Origin: Candidatus Latescibacterota bacterium
GTDB taxonomy: Bacteria; Latescibacterota; UBA2968; UBA8231
Length of the DNA stretch: 64,000 nt
Direction: 5' to 3'
NCBI GenBank assembly: GCA_965208105.1
Contig: OZ242318.1
Span: 1,728,001 to 1,792,000 of the forward strand
In this document: positions 19,501-28,674 of the stretch, one piece after another
Layout: each line of letters begins with the position of its first letter
Numbering within the stretch: the first letter of the stretch is position 1
Translations under genes and position numbers: made by a program
Notes under the pieces: model-generated
The model's input: only the letters and a program-made list of their open reading frames with translations
The model's database searches: none
Told to the model about the DNA's origin: nothing

Positions 19501-19716
19501 CTACCTTGCCCATGTGATATTTACCAGATCTTCCGGATTCCCTTTAATCACATGCTTCCTCTTCCGCAAGTTCCGAAGTTTGTCCGTGCTTTCCAAGGGT
19601 GAAATTACGAGTTTTCTATCTCCTTTACTGATTTTGACTGGAACACCCGTATTCAAGATTTCATCCAGTATCTGGCAGGTATTTCCCCGCAATTCGGTTG
19701 TGGTAATTGTTTTCAT
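19501..19716 (-). CDS. Phd/YefM-family antitoxin (orphan)
   Basis: MKTITTTELRGN..QILDEILNTGVPVKI pattern with a GAGGAG SD; no toxin gene follows. Confidence 0.75.
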   Translation of the reverse strand: MKTITTTELRGNTCQILDEILNTGVPVKISKGDRKLVISPLESTDKLRNLRKRKHVIKGNPEDLVNITWAR

Positions 19717-19854
19717 TTTGCTCCTCAATCGTGAATAGACCATTTCACCAAAGATTGCAAAAATTCGTAATAGGATAATTGAGCCTATGCGAGACTTTTT
19801 TTTAACCTTACCCATTTCTTGTCGAGATGGACCGGCAGTTGCCAATGTTCGCTT

Positions 19855-20157
19855 TCATTTCACCATTCCCTTCTGCCGGCCGCGGCGCAGGGTGCGCTTC
19901 TGATCCACGGGTCGAGAAGGATAGGCAGTGACGACCTGGCCGTCGCGCATTACTACCTTGTGGTTGGCAAGGCGCTCCAGTACCCCGATCCCCCTTTTGA
20001 GGATTTCGATCCCTCGGACCACATCCCTCTTACGCATGATCCAGGTCTGGTCATCAACTTGCGTTCCCATTGCAATAATGAGTGAAATATCCTTTGCGCG
20101 GATGCCTCGCTGCTGCATGCGCGTCTCGGCGTGGCGGGTATAGACGAAATCGGTCAT
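19855..20157 (-). CDS. DUF4258-like small basic protein (BrnT/RelE-like RNase fold)
   Basis: YTRHAETRMQQRGI...GQVVTAY signature; start overlaps the XRE gene stop codon. Confidence 0.7.
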   Translation of the reverse strand: MTDFVYTRHAETRMQQRGIRAKDISLIIAMGTQVDDQTWIMRKRDVVRGIEILKRGIGVLERLANHKVVMRDGQVVTAYPSRPVDQKRTLRRGRQKGMVK

Positions 20158-21143
20158 TTGTCGTCTCCTTTTTCTGCAACTGCCGAATCGGTCTCTTGGG
20201 AATCCGCCTCTTCCAAAAATTTCTTCAATTTTTCCGATGGGTCCTTGCCCACGTATTCTATAAAAATTTCCCAATCCTCTTCCGACAATTCCTTATAGAA
20301 GTTTGGCAGTTTGGATTTGAGCCAATTCTCTCGCTCCTCACCGGCGTCTTCCTTCATCAGTTCTTCAGGAATCTGGGAGACCCGGACATGTCCAGTTTCA
20401 AGAGCCCCCTTTGCCTTGGCAGAACCGTTGGCTAATCGGTCGAGTTCGTCTCGGCAGATGTCATAGTCGGGGTGCACCATAGGCCTTCCGAAATGGAGAT
20501 TACCAAGATCAGTTACCTGAACAACGCCCGGAATTTCAAGATCGGCAGTCAGCTTGTATAAGTAGCTTGCAAATTGGTTGCTGTTGGAAGTATCGAAAGC
20601 CTGACTGAATATTTCCTCCTTATCAATGGAAGAACTTTCTTCGGTCGAATCCCTCCCCGCAAGGCCCAAGGTGTCTACGAAGCGGCCGTCGTAATCGATC
20701 GCCTCCAAGCGGTCAATTATCTCATCTGCTTCCTGCAACCTTTCGCGCCGATGCGCGAGGCTCCCCTCGGCGAGAAGGGTGAAGAACAGCGGCGCCATGT
20801 TGATGATCTCGGTTGCACTGACACCATATCGGCGTTTGATGAGGTCATAGGCGAGCCGCGTCCTCGGTGCAACCTGCGCGCCGATCTGGACGCGCTCACG
20901 GTCGGCGGCGAGGGCATTGTTGTACTCGGGAAGCGGCACCTCGCCCGTGAGTACGCCCGGTTCGACGCCGAGTGCCTTGGAAAGCCTGTTCAAAGTGTCC
21001 TCACGGTTTTTTCTGCTTTTCTGCGGTTCGTTCTCCAGGCGCTGGATCGTGCGCTCGGTGACGCCAGACCGCTTGGCCAACTGGGGGCGCGACAGACTCT
21101 TTCCCATGCGTAGAGTACGAAGGCGTTCAGAATCTATTTTCAT
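20154..21143 (-). CDS. XRE-family helix-turn-helix regulator with long acidic C-terminal domain
   Basis: LRTLR...LSRPQLAKRSGVTERTIQRLEN...LSKALGV HTH. Confidence 0.85.
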   Translation of the reverse strand: MKIDSERLRTLRMGKSLSRPQLAKRSGVTERTIQRLENEPQKSRKNREDTLNRLSKALGVEPGVLTGEVPLPEYNNALAADRERVQIGAQVAPRTRLAYDLIKRRYGVSATEIINMAPLFFTLLAEGSLAHRRERLQEADEIIDRLEAIDYDGRFVDTLGLAGRDSTEESSSIDKEEIFSQAFDTSNSNQFASYLYKLTADLEIPGVVQVTDLGNLHFGRPMVHPDYDICRDELDRLANGSAKAKGALETGHVRVSQIPEELMKEDAGEERENWLKSKLPNFYKELSEEDWEIFIEYVGKDPSEKLKKFLEEADSQETDSAVAEKGDDK

Positions 21144-21361
21144 GGCTCAGGTCTCCTCGAAATTTTGTCGGAACAATATTAACATCGAAACCACGCAGAA
21201 AATACCCTAATTTTATCTATAAATCAATAGACATAATTAGAAATATCCCTTTTTTTATAAATTATATGCGGCATAAAATGTAATAATATCCTCTTTCTGA
21301 CCATTGGAAGACTGCCTAGGCACCTCCACAAGGCCTGAGGGAAGACAAACACAGACATCTC

Positions 21362-21446
21362 GAAACGGCTTGCCGGCCATGTAGCCCTTCACCCCGCCGT
21401 AGCGCAGCAGGACCGGACCAGCTTCACCATCCAGGCAATGTTGAAA
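21362..21446 (-). pseudogene. Relic of a DUF6785/6784-like gene 3' region
   Basis: 29 bp (21386-21414) are identical to 21687-21715. It translates to IAWMVKLV/LLRYGGVKGYMAGKPF, with a 5-bp GGACC duplication causing a frameshift. Confidence 0.75.
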
Positions 21447-21561
21447 GCAGCGCCATTCCCCGACCTTATTCTAGGAACGAAGATCTCGAAGCCGGCAGAC
21501 TGGTAGGGATAGGCGAAATGAGCACCGGATCGGCCGTGGACTTGCCTGAGCTAGAAGGGAT

Positions 21562-23535
21562 CTACCACCCGTGGACGCGGTGGCCGCTGCTGGGGAACCA
21601 GACCATGTCCACCACGCTGGACAGAATCACCCCGATGGCGTAGGCGATGCCCAGCCCGTAGAAGAAGGGCTTGCCGGCAAGGTAGGCCTTCACCCCGCCG
21701 TAGCGCAGCAGGACCAGCTTCAGCACCCAGGCGATGAAGAAATTGATCCAGTACCACCAGGTGGCGTGGGTCTGCTGGAAGATGAGGCCGATGGGGTGGA
21801 GAGGAAACCAGTGGAAACGGGCGCGCAGGAAGGTGATTCCTGCGGCCTCGAAGAGCCCGCTGAACCATATGGCCCAGCGCGCCAGGCTGGGCCGGGTGGG
21901 ATTGTTGACCAGGTAGGTTATCCCGTCGTAGAACACCACGGTGCGGCCTCCGACGTAGAGGGTGCCCCCCTCGGCGTAGCACAGATTCAGAAGGTTCCAT
22001 GCGGCTAGGATGAACCCCAGGGGAAAGGCTATGAAAATGGTCGCCGCCACCCAGCGGGGCTGGCGCCGCAGCGAGAAGATGCGCAGATGGTGGACGATGG
22101 CCGGCCACGCCGGGATGGTGAAGGAGCCGAAGAAGGCGAAGCTGGTGAGCACCTTGAAGGGCACCAGCTTCTGCGGCGCGATGTAGATGGATCCCACCAG
22201 CTCGATGAAGAAGGACTCGCCCTTGAGGTAGGGGCGGTTGGGATAGATGTAGGCCACCCCGCTGGCGGCCACCAGCTTGACGGTGACGAAGTAGGCCACC
22301 ACCATCAGGACGAACATGCCCAGGGCCAGGGGCAAGCTGACTCCCAGGTGCATTGCCCACACCAGCACGTAGAGCAGGGACGCCGCCATTCCCAGCAGGG
22401 CCAGGCGGTAGCGCGCCACCTCGGCCGCCTCCCCGGTGCCAGAGCGCGCCTGCCGCCACACCGCCGCCAGGTGCCTCCTGGCCACCCAGACCGACCACAG
22501 CCCTACGAAGACCATCGCCCCGTGGCTCTCGGTGTGCAGGATCATCTGCGCCTCGGAGAAGCGGTTGTTGGCGCTGACCCCAGTGAAGTCCAGACTCGGG
22601 GTGCCGAACCTCCGCATGAGCAGGGTCTTGAACTGGTTTAGGAAGTGGAAGAACACCATGCTTCCGAGGATGTCCACCGGGCACAGGTAGATCACCATCA
22701 GCATCAGCGGCATGACGCGGATGAAGCCCGAGATCAGCCCGTCGCCGAACTGGTAGTGGTAGTAGGTCCAGAACAGGTCGAAGGAAGGAACGCCGGGGGT
22801 GAAATAGGTGCCGATATTGTAGAGCTGGGGCAGAAATACCACGCCGAAACCGACCCAGAACAGGCGCGAGTAAAACAGGTTCGGCAGCAGCCGCCGGCCC
22901 TCGGCGGTCAGGTCCAGAGGCATCTGGGCGAGGGGAAAGGTGAGCTTCTCGGCACCCTCCCACTGGCGCTGGAAGACCACCAGCAGGCAGAAGCCGAAGA
23001 CCACCACCGCCAGGGATACTCCCAGCCAGTTGAGCACGGTCCCCAGCCAGCCGTCCCATGGCAGCGCCATGCCCTGGGGCAGGCCGTACCAGAAGGAATC
23101 GGTGATCCGCACCGTGGCGGGAGGGAATACGTGCCAGGGGAGAAAGTTGAAGAAGGTCTCCGCCCACTGGTTCTCGGCGGTGGCGAAGTGGGTCGGGCCG
23201 GTCAGGTTGGCCGTCCACGATCCCATCCAGGAGGGAATGACCGCCACCACCCAGGTCATGGAGAAGAGGGTGAGCAACTCACCGCGGGTGAGGGCCAGGC
23301 GCGGCCACACCGCCTTCAGGACGACGTTCACGAACAGCCACAGCGCGAATGGCATGAACGCCATCAGAGGGTACTGGGCGACTGCTCCCAGACCCCCGGA
23401 GCCCTGGCGCTGGGCGATCTGGGTGAGGTAGAAGAACAGGGCGGCGATGGTCAGCGCCCCCAGGACCACCCCTTTCAGGGTGATGAGTGGCCCACCCCCC
23501 TGGTCCGAATCAGCAGCCGCGGAAATTTCGCTCAT
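21562..23535 (-). CDS. DUF6785/DUF6784-like multi-pass membrane protein (paralog of 5098..7038)
   Basis: RQWEGAEKLTFPLAQMP, WFPLHPIG and KLVLLRYGG..Y..GKPFFYG motifs; start set at MSEISAA. Confidence 0.8.
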   Translation of the reverse strand: MSEISAAADSDQGGGPLITLKGVVLGALTIAALFFYLTQIAQRQGSGGLGAVAQYPLMAFMPFALWLFVNVVLKAVWPRLALTRGELLTLFSMTWVVAVIPSWMGSWTANLTGPTHFATAENQWAETFFNFLPWHVFPPATVRITDSFWYGLPQGMALPWDGWLGTVLNWLGVSLAVVVFGFCLLVVFQRQWEGAEKLTFPLAQMPLDLTAEGRRLLPNLFYSRLFWVGFGVVFLPQLYNIGTYFTPGVPSFDLFWTYYHYQFGDGLISGFIRVMPLMLMVIYLCPVDILGSMVFFHFLNQFKTLLMRRFGTPSLDFTGVSANNRFSEAQMILHTESHGAMVFVGLWSVWVARRHLAAVWRQARSGTGEAAEVARYRLALLGMAASLLYVLVWAMHLGVSLPLALGMFVLMVVAYFVTVKLVAASGVAYIYPNRPYLKGESFFIELVGSIYIAPQKLVPFKVLTSFAFFGSFTIPAWPAIVHHLRIFSLRRQPRWVAATIFIAFPLGFILAAWNLLNLCYAEGGTLYVGGRTVVFYDGITYLVNNPTRPSLARWAIWFSGLFEAAGITFLRARFHWFPLHPIGLIFQQTHATWWYWINFFIAWVLKLVLLRYGGVKAYLAGKPFFYGLGIAYAIGVILSSVVDMVWFPSSGHRVHGW

Positions 23536-23680
23536 ACAAGCACCGGATCCCCTTCCGGAATCCTTCTGTGAGTCGAGCGACAGGCCACTGCACCCCCTTG
23601 TTCGGGTCATCCTTTATTTGCAAATTCAGCGGACAGAAACGATAGCTCAATCCCCATCCCCAATCAAGGAGACGGCCCCT

Positions 23681-25195
23681 ATGGTCTTCGACCTGGGCAC
23701 CGAGAAACAGCTCTTCATAGACCAGCGCTGGTTCGCCAGCCAGCGCGGGATGCACCTGACCGTCAACCCGCCGCTCAAGGCCGAGCGCGTGCTGGTGCCG
23801 GAGGAGCCCTGGGAAGCCAAGGGCATCCACGCCTACAACACGGTCCTCGAGCACGACGGTATCTACAAAATGTGGTACGACGCCATCGCGCCACAGAGCA
23901 GCGGCATCCCGCGCAGCCTGTGCTACGCCACCAGCGCCGACGGCATCCACTGGGAGCGCCAGTTCGTAAATCTCTTTCCGCTGCCGGGCATGGCGCGCAA
24001 CACCATCGTGATGCCCGGAGTCAACGGCAGCGTCATGGTGGACCCCAACGGCGGGGACGAGCACCGCTTCAAATCCCTCGCCCTGATCACCGAGAACGAC
24101 CTCTGGCCCCAATCGCAGGGATGCATCTGCGGCGTCTATCCTGAATACAATCCGGAACACTGGTGCGAGCTCTACCTGTGCACCAGCCCGGACGGCATTC
24201 ACTGGCGCCGCCACTCGCCCTCGGCCATGCCGTTCTTCCACGACTCCCACAACGTCTTCTTCTACGACCGCCGCCTGGGCCGCTACGCCGCCTATATGCG
24301 CACTCACGAGCGCCATCGCACCGTGGGGCGCACGGAGTTCGACGATCCCATGCAGCTGCCGTGGCCTTTCAAGGAGAATCCCGCCGCCGCCCGCGGTCCG
24401 GGGGACTCGCGCCGGGCCGCCGGAGGCGAGTACGAACTGGCGCTGTGCTGCGACGAGTCCGATCCCCCCGACACGGACCTCTACACTCCCAGCGTCCATC
24501 CCTATCCCTGGGCCGCCGACGCCTACTTCAGCTTCACCACTCCATACCGCCACTACCCCTTCGGCGACACCGGCGATACCACCGAGCAGGGCAGAGACGA
24601 GCGCGGCCGCTTCCGCAACGACGGCCCGGTGGAGATTCAACTGGCGGTTAGCCGCGACGGGATCTCCTGGTCGCGCCCCGACCGCCGGCCCTACGTGCCC
24701 CTGGGCCTGGCCGGCGCCTGGGACGGAGGACAGGTCTACATGGCTCACGGCATGGTCCGCAAGGGCGACGAAATCTGGCAATACTACAGCGGCACCCACT
24801 ACACCCACGGCGCCTATGACCCGGACGACGAGGACGGCAGCGGCGGGGTTTGCCGCCTGGTCCAGCGTCTCGACGGCTTCATCTCGGCGGACGCCGAGTA
24901 CACCGGCGCCGAGTTCACCACACCGCTGCTGCGGTTCTCCGGGGAACACCTCAAGCTCAACGTGGACTGCTCGGCCATGGGCGAGGTGTGGGTGGAGGTC
25001 CGCGACGGACGCAATCACCCCCTGGCCGGCTACACCCTGGCCGAGTCCGTCAGCGTGGACCGCAACCACATCGCCGCCCCGGTGGTTTGGCGGCAGCGCG
25101 ACAACGTGGGCGAGCTCATGGGGCGTCCGGTGCGGCTGCACTTCAGGCTCAGGGCCGCCAAGCTCTATGCCTTCCAGTTCGACGCGGCAGACTAG
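23681..25195 (+). CDS. Five-bladed beta-propeller glycoside-hydrolase-like protein with C-terminal beta-sandwich
   Basis: QLFID, YKMWY, YATSADGIHW, SRDGISWSR, RLDGF..., LKLNVD motifs; AAGGAG SD; no signal peptide. Confidence 0.65.
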   Translation: MVFDLGTEKQLFIDQRWFASQRGMHLTVNPPLKAERVLVPEEPWEAKGIHAYNTVLEHDGIYKMWYDAIAPQSSGIPRSLCYATSADGIHWERQFVNLFPLPGMARNTIVMPGVNGSVMVDPNGGDEHRFKSLALITENDLWPQSQGCICGVYPEYNPEHWCELYLCTSPDGIHWRRHSPSAMPFFHDSHNVFFYDRRLGRYAAYMRTHERHRTVGRTEFDDPMQLPWPFKENPAAARGPGDSRRAAGGEYELALCCDESDPPDTDLYTPSVHPYPWAADAYFSFTTPYRHYPFGDTGDTTEQGRDERGRFRNDGPVEIQLAVSRDGISWSRPDRRPYVPLGLAGAWDGGQVYMAHGMVRKGDEIWQYYSGTHYTHGAYDPDDEDGSGGVCRLVQRLDGFISADAEYTGAEFTTPLLRFSGEHLKLNVDCSAMGEVWVEVRDGRNHPLAGYTLAESVSVDRNHIAAPVVWRQRDNVGELMGRPVRLHFRLRAAKLYAFQFDAAD

Positions 25196-25346
25196 GGCGC
25201 CGCGCCCGCATCCATTCCACCGAAGCCGGACGTGTCGAGTTCAGGTCCAGGCCCGGTGAAGGCACGAGGACCCGGCAATGGCACCCTTCCCCGCAACCGG
25301 TCCCAGGTTCAGGTCCTGACGGGGATCAACTGCACCTGACATCACC

Positions 25347-27590
25347 ATGAGGGAAAAGACCATGAATAAGGACATCGCCCCTCTCAAGCGCGTAGGCTCC
25401 ACCGCCCAGCGGCTGGCGCAGAAACCCTACGAGAAACGCCTCTGCCGCATAGAGTCCCACTATCCACCTCCGCCGGAAGAGGGCCGGACCCCGGTCACCA
25501 TCACCCCCGAAGAATACGCGGAGGTAATCTCCGACTGCGGCTACGAGGTCATCGTCATAAGCGGCGAGCACGACCGCGGCACTCCGCGCTTTCCCTCGCG
25601 GATCTTCGATCCCCACCCGGACCTCAAGGACGACCTGCTCCCACGCTTCATCGAGCTCTGCCACCGGAAGGGGATCGTAGTCCTCTCCTACTATCCCATC
25701 ATCTTCTCCAAGCCCCTGCGCCGGGTCCACCCCGAGTGGCTCATGCAGTTCCTCGACGACGGCCGGCCGGAGCCCGAGAACGAAGGTTGGTTCTGCTTCA
25801 ACTCCCCCTTTCGCGACTGGCTGCCGGGCTGCCTGAGCGAGTACATGGAGCTCCTGGACATCGACGGGCTCTACTTCGACGACGTCAACTGGGGCTCCCA
25901 CGCCGACGGACCCTACACCCCTTCCTGCTGTTGCAGCCATTGCGAGAAACTGTTCCGCGACGAGACCGGATTCGAGATACCGCGCAAGGTAGACTTCGAT
26001 TCCAAGGCCTTCCGCCATCTGGTCAACTGGCGCTACGAGAAGCTTCTGGAGTTCCTGCACCACCTCTTCGGCGCGGTGAGGAAGCAGCACCCGGACGCCA
26101 TCCTCGACATGAACACCTACTACTGGCCGGCCTCGGAGTGGTCCCAGGGCCACCCTCTGGGCTCCTTCCGCCTGGAAGAGGTGGGCGGTTACTCCTTCGT
26201 CGAGTGCTTCCCCTTCACCCACCGCTACCTGCGCACTCCGGGATTCGTGGCCAAGGTGCTGCGGTCGACCGGCACCCCCTTCTCCCTGTTCCTGAACGGC
26301 TGCCAGGGCATGCGCGGGTTCAGCTCGGTGCCCTTTCCCGAGCCCCATGGGGCGAGCATCTTCGGCATGGTTTCCCTTGCCCATGGTGGAGCATCCTGCG
26401 GGGCGCCGTACGGCGGCTCCAGCGTGCACGGAGGCTACCTCTACCTCACCCGCGACGCCCACAAGGAGACCTTTGCCGAGCTCAAGAAGCGAGTGGACTA
26501 CGTGGAAGGCGAGAGCCTGAAGCACCTGGCCCTTCATTGTTCGACGCGAAACCGCGATTTCCAGCCCAACGAGATCTGCCGCGATCTGCTGGCGCGCTCC
26601 AACTGGATCGGCTACCTGCGCCAGAAATACATGTTCGGCGCCTACGAGATGCTCAACCGCTCCCACCTGGTGCTCGACTTCGTCCTCGACGAGCATCTCG
26701 CGGAACAGCGCCTGTCCTCATACCAGGTGCTCTTCCTGTCCAACAGCGCCTGCCTTTCCAATGAGCAGGGCGGAGCCATCGCCCGTTTCGTCGAAAACGG
26801 CGGCACCTTGATAGCTACCCACGAGACATCCCTTCTGGACGAGCTGGGGTACGAGCGCGAGAATTTCGCCCTGGCCGAGGTGCTGGGCGTGGACTACCGC
26901 GGCCGCCGCCAAGACGGCGAGGAGCATGGCGCGGTCTACCTGGCCCAGGAGAAGAGGATCCGCCGGGAAACAGGGGACCTCCTCTGCTTCTTCGGCCGCG
27001 ACCTCGAGGTGGCCCTGAGGCCTGGAGCCAGGGCCCTGTGCACCCGGAGCACTCTGACCGCCCATGGCGACGATCTGCAGGACGGGCTGTCAGCCTACCA
27101 GCCGGGTGGGCAGCACGATACCGGGGATCCGGCGGTGGTACTGAACGAATACGGCAGGGGCAGGGCGATCTACCTCGCCGGCGACGTGGGCGGAGCATTC
27201 ATGAACAGTCCCTATCCCCCGCTGATGCGCTTTGTTGCTGGCCTGGTCAAACGCACCCCGCCGCCGGTGGAGATCGATGGGCCCCAGGCCCTCGAGGTCA
27301 CCGCGGCGCGGCGGCCGTCGGGAGAATTGATGGTTCACCTGGTCAACAACCCCACACCGCTGATTCCCTGGCGCATCGCCGACGACGACGATCTCGACCG
27401 CCTCGGACCCGATATGGGATCGTTCAACGCCGTCCTGGAGCTGGTGCCCCTGCGCGACATCCGGGTCAGTTTCAACGGTATGGAAGTGAGCTCGGTCCGC
27501 CTGCCGCTGCAGGGGCTCGACCTGGCGGTCGAAGACGGCGCGGTGGTGGTGCCGGAGGTCAAGCTGCACGAGGTCCTGCTGGTGGATTAA
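25347..27590 (+). CDS. Glycoside-hydrolase-like TIM barrel (GHL6/GH29/GH42-like) with GH42-type trimerisation domain
   Basis: HPEW, CFNSP, DGLYFD and CCCSHC motifs; C-terminal YQVLFLSN...FVENGGTLIAT, YGRGRAIY. Confidence 0.7.
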   Translation: MREKTMNKDIAPLKRVGSTAQRLAQKPYEKRLCRIESHYPPPPEEGRTPVTITPEEYAEVISDCGYEVIVISGEHDRGTPRFPSRIFDPHPDLKDDLLPRFIELCHRKGIVVLSYYPIIFSKPLRRVHPEWLMQFLDDGRPEPENEGWFCFNSPFRDWLPGCLSEYMELLDIDGLYFDDVNWGSHADGPYTPSCCCSHCEKLFRDETGFEIPRKVDFDSKAFRHLVNWRYEKLLEFLHHLFGAVRKQHPDAILDMNTYYWPASEWSQGHPLGSFRLEEVGGYSFVECFPFTHRYLRTPGFVAKVLRSTGTPFSLFLNGCQGMRGFSSVPFPEPHGASIFGMVSLAHGGASCGAPYGGSSVHGGYLYLTRDAHKETFAELKKRVDYVEGESLKHLALHCSTRNRDFQPNEICRDLLARSNWIGYLRQKYMFGAYEMLNRSHLVLDFVLDEHLAEQRLSSYQVLFLSNSACLSNEQGGAIARFVENGGTLIATHETSLLDELGYERENFALAEVLGVDYRGRRQDGEEHGAVYLAQEKRIRRETGDLLCFFGRDLEVALRPGARALCTRSTLTAHGDDLQDGLSAYQPGGQHDTGDPAVVLNEYGRGRAIYLAGDVGGAFMNSPYPPLMRFVAGLVKRTPPPVEIDGPQALEVTAARRPSGELMVHLVNNPTPLIPWRIADDDDLDRLGPDMGSFNAVLELVPLRDIRVSFNGMEVSSVRLPLQGLDLAVEDGAVVVPEVKLHEVLLVD

Positions 27591-27601
27591 TGAGGTATGC
27601 C

Positions 27602-28438
27602 ATGATTGTAGTGACAGGAGCCGCCGGCAGGCTGGGGGGACGCGTTGTCCGGCTTCTTATCGACCGTGGCTACGACGTTCTGGGCACCGATCTGGTCGAA
27701 TGCAGAGATTCTCCGTCACCTTTCGTCCAGGCTGACCTCTGCGACGCCGAGCGGGTGGCAAAGCTGTTTGCCGGCTCCGAGGCGGCCGTCCATACGGGTG
27801 CTATTTGTGGCCCCGGCGCGGATGGGTATGAAACCTTTCGGAACAATGGCCAGAGCACATTCAATGTCCTTTGGGCCGCGGCTGAACAGAGGATGCGGCG
27901 AGTGGTGTTTTCCTCGAGCGCGTTCGCCATGGGTTGGTCGAGCGACCCGCGTGCGTTCGTGCCCCGTTACCTGCCCCTGGACGAAGAGCACCCCATGACG
28001 CCGTTCGAGCCCTACGGCTTGTCGAAGCAGGTCGGCGAATGCATTGCGGACATGGTCACGCGGACAAAGGCGACTTCGGTGGCGAGTCTCCGGTTTACAA
28101 ACGTAGTCTACCCGGAGAAACAGGCCGAGTTCCCCCTGCCTCCGCCCACTCCCGAAGACCCCACCACACTGGTGAAGTGGTCCTACGCCGACCCGCGGGA
28201 TGTGGCAGAGGCGCACGTCGTGGCCCTCGAAGCTGAACTCAGCGGCCATGAAGCCTTCCTGCTTGCACAGCCGATCACGCGATTTCGGGAGTCGACGGTG
28301 GACTTGATCAGGAGAAATTTCGGCGATCGCGTTGAGATTCGCGGGGACCTCTCCGGCAACGCGAGTGTGCTCAGCACGGAAAAGGCCCGGCGAATGCTCG
28401 GATTCGAGCCGAAGCGGAAATGGAGCGAAAAGGACTGA
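27602..28438 (+). CDS. NAD-dependent epimerase/dehydratase (extended SDR)
   Basis: VVTGAAGRLG, VVFSSS and YGLSK motifs; alternative start at 27590 overlaps the upstream stop. Confidence 0.9.
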   Translation: MIVVTGAAGRLGGRVVRLLIDRGYDVLGTDLVECRDSPSPFVQADLCDAERVAKLFAGSEAAVHTGAICGPGADGYETFRNNGQSTFNVLWAAAEQRMRRVVFSSSAFAMGWSSDPRAFVPRYLPLDEEHPMTPFEPYGLSKQVGECIADMVTRTKATSVASLRFTNVVYPEKQAEFPLPPPTPEDPTTLVKWSYADPRDVAEAHVVALEAELSGHEAFLLAQPITRFRESTVDLIRRNFGDRVEIRGDLSGNASVLSTEKARRMLGFEPKRKWSEKD

Positions 28439-28674
28439 TTTTTGGGGGACCTGATGTAAGGGTCGGCTCCATCGGTTCAGCACGGGAGTTGCGCGATGAT
28501 CCCACCCTGCATCACGCCGGCTATCTCCGCAACGACCTGACCCACAATCGAGGCGGCCAATCCGTCAGGGCAGAGACCCAACCCTGGGTGACCTGACACC
28601 CAGTACCTGCCTTCCGCGATGCCTGCCAGCCACCAGACGCAATCCATCAGGGACCGCTGCAACCCATCCGCTCA

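Noticed and set aside
16417-21560. Calling the island a prophage or ICE
   Set aside because: No integrase, transposase, structural genes or flanking direct repeats were found.
28439-28674. Intergenic stretch with short open frames on both strands
   Set aside because: No start context or homology recognisable by eye.
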